NCBI GenBank assembly: GCA_048941015.1
Contig: JBHLNZ010000002.1
Span: forward strand, 8,617 to 72,616
Length of the DNA: 64,000 nucleotides
Origin: Promethearchaeota archaeon
GTDB taxonomy: Archaea > Asgardarchaeota > Lokiarchaeia > Sigyniarchaeales > SOKP01
Direction: 5' to 3'
The notes beneath the pieces are model-generated. The model was not told the origin of the DNA and did not search any database. It saw only the letters and a list, made by a program, of their open reading frames with translations. The translations under genes were made by a program, and so were the position numbers. How positions within the stretch are numbered: position 1 is the stretch's first letter; each line of letters opens with the position of its first letter. Of the stretch, positions 49,564-57,622 are shown piece after piece.

Positions 49564-50678
49564 TCTGAATCATCACTACTGGTAATAAGTAATCTTTCAT
49601 AATCGAGATTTAAAAGTTTTAATTCTTTTCTATTAAATTTCGAAATTTTTTCATTTAATTCTATAACATTACTCCTTAATTCAATAAGAGAGTCTTGAAT
49701 ATTATTTATGATGTTGTCTTCATTAAATGAGACTTTTTCAATAAATTTAAGATAATTATATTTTTTTTCTTTTCCAGAATAAAATCTTTTGATACCTAAT
49801 AATTTAGTTTCAATATTCTCTGATTTAAATCTAAAATCTAAAAGTGATAATAATTTTGAATACCAATGCTTAAAGATTTTATTATTCTTATCAATTTTTT
49901 CAAAATTAAATTTCTCTGGAAGCTCTACTTTTTCATCCTTTAGAGATTTAATAATATCTTTTTGTTCCTTTATTGCTCTAATTATTTTTTTTATAATGGG
50001 CAGATTATTTAATATTGGATCAAAAATTTCAATAAACTTAGCAATCTTGTCTTGAATTTCCTTAAATCTTTGATAAAATCCTTCAATAGTAATTTCAATT
50101 TTTATCGTTTGATAAACATTACCAAATTGATCAAGGATGATGTAAAGATCATCTGATAAAGTATAATCATGTTCTCCAATTTCAGAAATAAGATGATGTA
50201 TTACATTAGATCTTTCACATCTAACATCTTTTAGCTTTGGTAACGCTAAATTGAAATTTCTGCGTGTTAAATTTTTAAATTTTTTGTTAATTATTAAAAA
50301 TAAGGTATCAGCAGGTACAGAAATTATGTCATTTTCAATGGTGATCGTTTCTTCTCCTAATTTAACAATAAAATCTTCATCTTTTTGCTCAAATTCTCTA
50401 ACACTTCTAATATTTTTGAATAAACCCAAATCAATTGTGATTTCAATAAATTCTTGATTCCAAAAGTTCAAAATATTAGTTTTATATATTTCATCTAATT
50501 CTAAAATCTTCTCGTAGGCTTCTATTATTTTTTTATTAGTTAAATTTTTGAATAAGTCGTTTCTTATAACATATAAAAATAAAACGATATATCTCATATC
50601 AATATCATCGAGAATTTTCTCGATTAAGTCTTTATCATATTCCATTACTAAATTCTTATGTTCCAAACCTAAAATCAA
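49560..50678 (-). CDS. operon gene 1: hypothetical protein (372 aa)
   Basis: Long ORF. Its stop overlaps the gene 2 start by 4 nt. TTG at 50678, or ATG 33 nt downstream. Confidence 0.6.
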   Translation of the reverse strand: MILGLEHKNLVMEYDKDLIEKILDDIDMRYIVLFLYVIRNDLFKNLTNKKIIEAYEKILELDEIYKTNILNFWNQEFIEITIDLGLFKNIRSVREFEQKDEDFIVKLGEETITIENDIISVPADTLFLIINKKFKNLTRRNFNLALPKLKDVRCERSNVIHHLISEIGEHDYTLSDDLYIILDQFGNVYQTIKIEITIEGFYQRFKEIQDKIAKFIEIFDPILNNLPIIKKIIRAIKEQKDIIKSLKDEKVELPEKFNFEKIDKNNKIFKHWYSKLLSLLDFRFKSENIETKLLGIKRFYSGKEKKYNYLKFIEKVSFNEDNIINNIQDSLIELRSNVIELNEKISKFNRKELKLLNLDYERLLITSSDDSE

Positions 50679-50856
50679 CTTGTTAAGTAATAATTGATTC
50701 AGCTAAAAAGAGTAATTAAAGAAATTAAGCATTCCTAAAAAATCTTTCGATTTCCTTGAATCTACAACAGAAAAAAGCGAAAATTTTTTAGATTTGATTT
50801 CCTTTTACTTCTTGAATTAGAAATTTAAATTATCTATTTTAAAAAGTTGAATATCA

Positions 50857-51438
50857 ATGGGAAGAAGAAAAAGAAAACAGCAGACTTATAAACGCGTAAA
50901 AAAAGTTCCTAAGATTTTCACTTGCCCAAACTGTGGGGAAAAGTCAGTAAAAGTGGAAAATATAAGGAAATCAGCAATTGCTACTGTTAAATGTGGGCAT
51001 TGCGGTTTAACTAAAGATGTATTGGTTAACTCTATTTCAGAACCAGTGGATGCTTTCGGTGATTTTATTGATATCTATTATGCTGATCAAGAAATTCAGA
51101 GACTAGAAAGACGTATTGCTAAATTAAAAAAGGATAACCAATGGGGGGAGCTTGCTCTTTCCTATTCAATTTTAGCAGATTTATGTAAAGCAAAAGCTGC
51201 TGAGTTATTAGAAGATTCTGAAAATGTTGATGAAGATGAAGTATTAAGATGGAGATCAAAAGCTGAACAGTATAAGAAGCTAGAAAAGGAAGCATTACTA
51301 CAACTAGAAACTCTTGAATTAGAAAAAGGTATTAAAACTGATGAAGAGTCATTATTTTCTGAACATGATGAAAGTGATATAAAAAAAGAACGAAAAATAA
51401 ATGATATCTTTGATGATCCAGGATTTTTAGAATGGTAA
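50857..51438 (+). CDS. elf1: transcription elongation factor Elf1 homolog with about 110-aa acidic coiled-coil C-terminal extension
   Basis: MGRRKRK basic head, then FTCPNCGEKSV...VKCGHCG...ISEPVDAFGDFIDIYY. This matches the Elf1 zinc-ribbon layout (F.C.fC.hekSV...C..CG...l.epvDvy.dwiD). Confidence 0.8.
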   Translation: MGRRKRKQQTYKRVKKVPKIFTCPNCGEKSVKVENIRKSAIATVKCGHCGLTKDVLVNSISEPVDAFGDFIDIYYADQEIQRLERRIAKLKKDNQWGELALSYSILADLCKAKAAELLEDSENVDEDEVLRWRSKAEQYKKLEKEALLQLETLELEKGIKTDEESLFSEHDESDIKKERKINDIFDDPGFLEW

Positions 51439-53163
51439 ATTAGGTTTTAAAATTCTAATTTTTACTTTTGCAGGGATATATTTCCAAATAGGTAATTTTA
51501 CAACAAACTGAAAAAATCGATTCATACTTAATTTATTTTTTAATATAAAATAGCTCCAATTACGAAAAGCTAAGTTATTAAAAAGGTGCATCAAGTTTAC
51601 TCCAAAGATATTGTATCTAGAAGCAAGAAAACTTGCAAAGTATGCTCCAAATCTTTTAGTTTGAGGAATTGATTCTGGATATACAGATTCTGAGAGAGCT
51701 CTATTAAATATTTCATAAATCGAGAATATCGGAATTAGATTATTCAGATTTTCTTCTACTTTTCTACTGTAATTTGGATTATCTAAAGATAAATTAGATA
51801 ACTCATTTAATTTATATATAGCAAATTTGTAGTGTTTTTCTTTAAAGGAAAACCACATTTCTTCCATAGTAACTCTTAGATTTTTTAATATATTAAGTAG
51901 TTTTTTTTCATCAAAAGTAAAATGATATTTTTTTTCATAATATTTAATATATAATAGGAATATTGAATCAGGTATTTGTTTTTCAAAGTGATTAGTGTTA
52001 TACCATTCTGAGAAGAAATCAATATCGTATTCTGTGGGAGTGTGAATTGTATGGGTATTTAAGGGAGTATTCCATATTAATTCAAGTAATTTTTCCATAA
52101 GTTTGATGGTATTAGTAAATTTCTCAATTATAGAATAATTTTGCTGCTTTTTAGGATTTCGAACTGATTTAGCTTTCGAGCGTTTAAATCGAATCTTAAT
52201 TTTTTCGGTTATTTTTAATTGTTTAATAAATTCTTTCTTTTTTTTTTTATAGAGAATGATCTTTTTAATTAATAATTGTTTAAGCTTCATCAATTCTTTA
52301 ATGTAAGAATAAAAGTCCACATTATATTTATTTAAAATTTCATGATAGCTAATTAATGGAATTTCAATATAAGGTCTATGTATTTTTGAATCAATTTTCA
52401 TAGCATGATCTCCAATAGAATAGGAGAAAATAATCTTGTGAAGAACTTCTTTTAAATTCATGAAATTTCCCAATTTTTTTGGATCATTCGTAAAATACCC
52501 ATGCAAAAGGGTATCAATTCCCTTAAACACATTATTCTCATATTCAGAGATAATTACAGATTCAAACTCTCCTGGATGATGTCTTTTGATTTTAAATCTT
52601 TTTCCTACTAAAAAAATTGCTTGATTTGCTCTGTGGCAAACAGTGTGGCTCCATTTTAATATAGGTTCAAGAATCTTACCATAAGTGAGGTTATAACCAT
52701 AAAATTCTGGTCCAAAATATATTGGAAATCCAAATCCACGAGAAGTAGAAAATGTAAACTGAAAAATGTTTCTTGTTTTCTCTCCTTTTAAAAATCCGGG
52801 AAATTTATAGTGTAAAGCAAATCGTGGGTATAATGCATCAAGCCCTAAATTCATCCATGCTTCAAATAGAAGTATGCTATCAGGGAATTTAAAGGAGTCT
52901 ATTTTGCTTAATAAATTGTCACTTAAAGTATTTAATAAAGTGGGGATAGATTGAAGCCAGTTTTTTTCTATCTCAAACTTTTTTGCTCCTTTATTGAATT
53001 TTTTTAATAAAAGTGTCGTAATTTGATTTTGCAAACTAGCTTTTTTAAAATAATAATTATTTAAAACTCTAATAAAAGATGTTATTTCTAATATTTGACG
53101 TTGAAGATCGTGAGTAACTCTGACATATAATGCTTGTTCAGAAAGATTTGAATTATGTAGCAA
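51427..53163 (-). CDS. hypothetical protein (578 aa)
   Basis: Long ORF convergent with elf1 (12-nt overlap). Central Lys-rich linker. No recognisable family. Confidence 0.55.
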   Translation of the reverse strand: MLHNSNLSEQALYVRVTHDLQRQILEITSFIRVLNNYYFKKASLQNQITTLLLKKFNKGAKKFEIEKNWLQSIPTLLNTLSDNLLSKIDSFKFPDSILLFEAWMNLGLDALYPRFALHYKFPGFLKGEKTRNIFQFTFSTSRGFGFPIYFGPEFYGYNLTYGKILEPILKWSHTVCHRANQAIFLVGKRFKIKRHHPGEFESVIISEYENNVFKGIDTLLHGYFTNDPKKLGNFMNLKEVLHKIIFSYSIGDHAMKIDSKIHRPYIEIPLISYHEILNKYNVDFYSYIKELMKLKQLLIKKIILYKKKKKEFIKQLKITEKIKIRFKRSKAKSVRNPKKQQNYSIIEKFTNTIKLMEKLLELIWNTPLNTHTIHTPTEYDIDFFSEWYNTNHFEKQIPDSIFLLYIKYYEKKYHFTFDEKKLLNILKNLRVTMEEMWFSFKEKHYKFAIYKLNELSNLSLDNPNYSRKVEENLNNLIPIFSIYEIFNRALSESVYPESIPQTKRFGAYFASFLASRYNIFGVNLMHLFNNLAFRNWSYFILKNKLSMNRFFQFVVKLPIWKYIPAKVKIRILKPNLPF

Positions 53164-53325
53164 TTATTTAAACCGATAAATAAAATTATCCTTATAATTG
53201 TATATCTTTTTTTTTTTAAAATTTTAATCTAAAAATATTATAAGCTTGAATCGAGAAGCTTTTTCTTTTTGAAATATAAGAAGATGTAAGAAGCTCAAAA
53301 TTTCAAAAACTTCAAAATTATTGGA

Positions 53326-53787
53326 TTATCCTTGTTGCTTTCTTCTACTAAATAATTCCTTTAATTCCCCCATTATTGCACCTCTTAATGTTAAAGGGGT
53401 AGCAGGCCGAGCAGGACCAGGTCCTCCCGGAGGGCCGCCAGGTGGAGGTGGAGGACCGCCAGGTGGACCACCAGGTGGTGGCAGAGGGCCGCCAGGTGGA
53501 CCACTAGATGGAGGAGGAGCGCTAACAGGTGCAGATGGAGTGGATACCATAGGGGTAGCTCCAGCACCTCTTGTCTTTAAAGCTGCCACGTCATTATTCA
53601 TAGTATTGATTCTAGATTCCAGATTGGAAATTTTTTGATTCAAAGTTGCTAAGGATTGATCGACCAAATCAGGAATCCTTAAAATCATCATCATCATTTT
53701 TTCGACAATGTCTCCAAACGCATTTAATTTTTCTTCAATTGGGGCTCTTCGTGTCTCTTGCATAAAATTTGCGAATTCTTCTGCCAT
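53326..53787 (-). CDS. coiled-coil protein with polyproline/glycine tract and short C-terminal amphipathic helix
   Basis: 153 aa. N-terminal heptad region. Residues 78-131 read TPMVSTPSAPVSAPPPSSGPPGGPLPPPGGPPGGPPPPPGGPPGGPGPARPAT. C-terminus is LTLRGAIMGELKELFSRRK. Confidence 0.65.
   Translation of the reverse strand: MAEEFANFMQETRRAPIEEKLNAFGDIVEKMMMMILRIPDLVDQSLATLNQKISNLESRINTMNNDVAALKTRGAGATPMVSTPSAPVSAPPPSSGPPGGPLPPPGGPPGGPPPPPGGPPGGPGPARPATPLTLRGAIMGELKELFSRRKQQG
53395..53556 (-). repeat. GC-rich imperfect tandem codon repeat encoding PPGG/PPPP tracts
   Basis: Reiterated ccgccaggtgg / ggaccaccaggtgg units on the plus strand. This is the only strongly GC-rich non-tRNA stretch in the window. 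Confidence 0.8.
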
Positions 53788-53932
53788 TTTCCTCTCTCAA
53801 TAGTTATTAATATTGAATACGACTAGTATTTTTTTTTAATAATTATATATTTGATATGTTTAATAAATTTAAGTTCATCTGAATTAGTAGAAATTCAAGT
53901 TACAATTATAAAAAAAATAGATTATTTTAAAT

Positions 53933-54565
53933 TTAACTTGATTTGTTAACTGAATTTTTTAAAATTATCCATAAATTATCAAGTTCATCTCTTACTTCTA
54001 TAAATTGGTGGATCTTTTTAAGAAGAACATCTCTCGCCCGATCAAAATCTCTTTGAAAATCGTTTAATTCGGCTTCTAAAAGCTTCATTTTATCGCCTTC
54101 CATTAAGTCATTTTTTTTCTTTTCAACTGTTAGAGCTTTTTTAATAACAGCAGCTCTTTTGTTTGCAACTTCAATTAAAGCATCGGCTAATTCTTCTTTC
54201 TTTTGAATGAAATATTCCTTATTTACAATTAAATTTTTGATAGCATCAATATAGCCATTATTAACTTTAATATATTCTTCATTTTTTCGAATGATATCAT
54301 GAAATAGATTTACTTCTTCATCTTTTACATTAGCTCTTTTCTCTCTTACTAAAGTTTGCATTTGTTTTAAAACATCACGAAAAGATCTATTAAGCATATC
54401 TCGTTCGACATTAGCTTTAGTTAAATCATCAGCATACTTTTTTTGAGAACTAATTAGAGCGCTTTGGGCTTTTGCCAATTTTTTAATTTCTTTAACTAGA
54501 TCTTTTTCCATACTGGCTAATTCCAGTTCATCTTCATGGGTGATTATAGGACTCATTTTAGACAT
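53933..54565 (-). CDS. coiled-coil protein (210 aa), family unassigned
   Basis: Almost entirely helical, heptad-like charged sequence with an ATG start. Confidence 0.55.
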   Translation of the reverse strand: MSKMSPIITHEDELELASMEKDLVKEIKKLAKAQSALISSQKKYADDLTKANVERDMLNRSFRDVLKQMQTLVREKRANVKDEEVNLFHDIIRKNEEYIKVNNGYIDAIKNLIVNKEYFIQKKEELADALIEVANKRAAVIKKALTVEKKKNDLMEGDKMKLLEAELNDFQRDFDRARDVLLKKIHQFIEVRDELDNLWIILKNSVNKSS

Positions 54566-54639
54566 TTTATATTTAACAAATTTTAATATTATTCTTATGT
54601 AAATTCTTAATTATATTTTTTAGTCTTTTTTTAATTTGA

Positions 54640-55677
54640 CTATGTTATTGGATATGATGCTGTTAAAATATTATCCTTATAATTTGCTTTGATTACTTTC
54701 GCTTTAATTACTTTCCCTATTAGATCTTCAGAAAAAGTTAATGGTCTTTTTAGCAGTACTTTTATACCAACATTGTTATTAATTTTACCAATACATTCCC
54801 AATTCCACCTACCTTGTGAGACAATCTGTAGGTTTATAAGATCATTTTTTTTTAAAGCTGAAGAATACGAAGTAGTTCGTTTATGTATTCCAAAATCTTT
54901 TGGACCTAGTTTCAATTTAATATTATATTTTTTTTCTAATTTCGACAGATATTTATAAAAATAATCCCAAGATTTGGGACGGATTTTTTTCAATTTTCTT
55001 CCAGTTTTATATATTAAATATTTTTGAATGCCTATTTGAATTTTGAGTTCAGAATAACCTTCATTACGTAAATTTAAAACATATTGAATTATTTCTTCAA
55101 TATCCAAGTCATTTACACCAGGAAACCAGACTGGAGCAATTAAAACATTAATATTGGTGTTTAATAGAGTTTCAATGTTTTTAATAACTTTGTGTAGATC
55201 ATAATTCGAACAATCACATAAATAGTATGCTAAATCTTCATTTAATGTGTTTAAACTTATGTTGATACGAGTTAGGTTGTTATTATTTAACATTTGAATG
55301 TTTTTTGAATTAAGCATTATCCCATTACTTTGCATAGAAACAACTTTTATTCCTTTAACATTCCATAGCTCACTTAAGAGTTTAAATAAATCTGGATAAA
55401 GTAGTATTTCACCATACGGAGCAATATGAATTTCTATATCATGATATCCTTTTATTTTCACTAAAGATTTTACTTTTTTTATAAGGTATTTATATTCAAC
55501 TATAAAATTAGTATGATAATCACCAGCTTTTACAAAACAGTATTTGCATTTGAGGTTACATAAAGTTATAGGTTTAAGTTCAATTATATTTGTCCCACGA
55601 TCAATTAAACCGATAAAATCTACACCCATTATGGGGATATTAGAATTCTCATCAATATGAATAAAATTATTTATCAT
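54640..55677 (-). CDS. radical SAM domain protein
   Basis: CNLKCKYCF (CX3CX2C) near the N-terminus, with a TIM-barrel-like alternation. Confidence 0.7.
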   Translation of the reverse strand: MINNFIHIDENSNIPIMGVDFIGLIDRGTNIIELKPITLCNLKCKYCFVKAGDYHTNFIVEYKYLIKKVKSLVKIKGYHDIEIHIAPYGEILLYPDLFKLLSELWNVKGIKVVSMQSNGIMLNSKNIQMLNNNNLTRINISLNTLNEDLAYYLCDCSNYDLHKVIKNIETLLNTNINVLIAPVWFPGVNDLDIEEIIQYVLNLRNEGYSELKIQIGIQKYLIYKTGRKLKKIRPKSWDYFYKYLSKLEKKYNIKLKLGPKDFGIHKRTTSYSSALKKNDLINLQIVSQGRWNWECIGKINNNVGIKVLLKRPLTFSEDLIGKVIKAKVIKANYKDNILTASYPIT

Positions 55678-55703
55678 TTCTATTAAAAATTTATACTTAT
55701 TAC

Positions 55704-56777
55704 TTAATTTTTATATCGTAAAATAGCAACAAGAGATCCTAAGTCTTTAATTTGTTTCCCCGTTGGATGATCACTACTGAGAATATGAATTTTACCTCCC
55801 TGATTTTCAACATCAGTCAGAATCTTCTCAATTTTGAGTTTTTGATCTTTGGTTGCCCCTCTAATTAAAATATCGACACAAAATAATTCCTTAATTGCTC
55901 CCTTTTGGGCAGCTTTAGATACTTCATTGGAACCAATAGCAATCATATCAGGATCAGTCCCTAATAACATAAGAATTTCTTCAATTTTTTCAGACTCTTG
56001 TAAAATTCTTATATTCTTTTTTATTGAGATTAAATCTTTTGATTTTAGAGTTTCTAAAATTCCACTTTCGGTCCCTGAACTTGCATGAATACTCTTTATT
56101 ATTGAGAGATATTCTGGATTGGATTTTTCCTTAATGTATTTGATAAAAAGATCACGTGTATTGCCAGGTCCACATATTACTATTAAATTTATTTGAATAT
56201 CATTTGATTTTTCATCAATAATTTTCTTTATAATAGAAAAAAATTCTTCTAAAGCCTTTTTACGATGTGATTGTTCATATCTTTTTCCAGGAATCGTTTT
56301 TTTTACTGTAGCTATCTTATTATGACTGAAATTCGTTATTAACTCTATAGTAGATAAACCTGTTTCAATGGCAATCATAAGAATTATAAAATTACTCTCA
56401 AATTTAGAGGATTCTTTTAAACGTTTTAATTCACTTCTAAGCCATTCTTCCTTAATAATTGTTAATGTTTGTCCAATTTCTATATTAAAAGTATGATAAG
56501 TTCCGAAGCTAACAAAATCTTCTGGACCTTCTAAAATTGTTCCTTTAACTCTTAACCTATTTGAAAATTCATGAAACGATACTGCCTCTACTTTCAATTT
56601 TAGTGTCATGGGTTTTCTTTCTCCTTTTGATCCTTCTTTTAAGACAACTCTCCTATGGGTTCGAGCTATAACTTTATCATTTTCTGAAATTAAGTTGTAA
56701 AGCGTCCAAAGATCGTTCAGACTCTCCACTTTAACAGTGATCTCTTGAGTTTTTTTGTTAATTTCCAGAATTTTCAA
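55704..56777 (-). CDS. pelA: Pelota (Dom34) mRNA surveillance / ribosome rescue factor
   Basis: N-terminal VKVESLNDLWTLYNLI, central and eRF1-like C-terminal domains (VCGPGNTRD-like ICGPGNTRD). TTG start. Confidence 0.88.
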   Translation of the reverse strand: MKILEINKKTQEITVKVESLNDLWTLYNLISENDKVIARTHRRVVLKEGSKGERKPMTLKLKVEAVSFHEFSNRLRVKGTILEGPEDFVSFGTYHTFNIEIGQTLTIIKEEWLRSELKRLKESSKFESNFIILMIAIETGLSTIELITNFSHNKIATVKKTIPGKRYEQSHRKKALEEFFSIIKKIIDEKSNDIQINLIVICGPGNTRDLFIKYIKEKSNPEYLSIIKSIHASSGTESGILETLKSKDLISIKKNIRILQESEKIEEILMLLGTDPDMIAIGSNEVSKAAQKGAIKELFCVDILIRGATKDQKLKIEKILTDVENQGGKIHILSSDHPTGKQIKDLGSLVAILRYKN

Positions 56778-56911
56778 ATTTTATACCAATCTTAATAGAT
56801 GATTTGCGATAATTAAAAGTAGTGATGTATATTTCAAAAGGTTAATTTTGTCTAAAATAAGATAATTTGAAGATAATAAAAAAATAAATAAAAAAGCTGT
56901 TAACAATTAAA

Positions 56912-57064
56912 TTATTCATTTGCTCCAAGAGCTTGCTTTACTTTTTCCAACTCTTCCATACGTTTCTTTTTCTCTTCTTCGCGGCGTTTTAATTCCTCCT
57001 CATCTACTTTTTGTAGACTGACTCCTTTCTTAATCTCTTCCTGCAATTCTTTATCTATAGGCAT
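56912..57064 (-). CDS. 50-aa micro-protein with WH2/beta-thymosin-like motif (below ORF-track length cut-off)
   Basis: The ATG at 57064 through TAA (ending at 56912) translates to MPIDKELQEEIKKGVSLQKVDEEELKRREEEKKKRMEELEKVKQALGANE. AGGTG Shine-Dalgarno sits 7 nt upstream. A TATAAAAATATA box lies about 45 nt upstream. Confidence 0.5.
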   Translation of the reverse strand: MPIDKELQEEIKKGVSLQKVDEEELKRREEEKKKRMEELEKVKQALGANE

Positions 57065-57166
57065 TCCTCAACACCTTTTTTTAATAAAATTTGAGAATCT
57101 GTTAATATATTTTTATACCAATATTAAAAAAATCTTTATTTTTAAGTTTAAGTTTATAGAAAAACT

Positions 57167-57622
57167 CTAAAATTTTAATTCCATCAAATAAGCGCTTTCT
57201 TTTTGACGATAATACTGTTCAATTTTACCTATTATACGGAAATTGAATTTCTTATATAAATCTATTGCACTTACATTTGTAGTTTTAACATTTAAAATAA
57301 TCCTTTTAACTCCTTTTATTTTTTTAATCCGTTCTAGCGTTTTGTTTAAAAGAAGTGAACCATATCCTAGTTTTTGAAATTTCTTTTGAATAACAAAATT
57401 AATTATATTTACTCTGTCTTCATCATCTTTTATAGCAATGACGAAACCAATGATCTTTTTACTTAAGTTATTGTCTTCGATTTTTAAAAATAAAGTATTT
57501 TGTAAGATTAGTTTTTTTATTGTTTCTCTTGAAAATGCATCTTCTCTAAACATTTTTTTTTCTATTTTGATAAGTTGTTCTAAATCATTCAATTCAACAC
57601 GTTCAATCATCATTAGAATCAA
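57167..57622 (-). CDS. GNAT N-acetyltransferase (RimI / N-terminal acetyltransferase-like)
   Basis: Acetyl-CoA motif QKKFQKLGYGSLLLNK, about 150 aa. The start is uncertain because of a 20-nt overlap with the upstream gene. Confidence 0.75.
   Translation of the reverse strand: MILMMIERVELNDLEQLIKIEKKMFREDAFSRETIKKLILQNTLFLKIEDNNLSKKIIGFVIAIKDDEDRVNIINFVIQKKFQKLGYGSLLLNKTLERIKKIKGVKRIILNVKTTNVSAIDLYKKFNFRIIGKIEQYYRQKESAYLMELKF

Noticed and set aside
53321-53638. 105-aa plus-strand ORF full of GGPPGG repeats, and the idea that the GC-rich island is a structured RNA or foreign insert.
   Set aside because: It is the mirror frame of the Pro/Gly repeat, because CCN/GGN codons read as Gly/Pro on both strands. 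The minus-strand ORF is longer, has an ATG and flanking non-repetitive coiled-coil sequence. The GC enrichment is fully explained by Pro/Gly codons.
53933-54565. The 210-aa coiled-coil protein as an ESCRT-III/Snf7 or PspA-family member.
   Set aside because: The length and helical character are compatible. However, I could not identify the basic-to-acidic charge polarity or a convincing MIM motif by eye. It is left unassigned.
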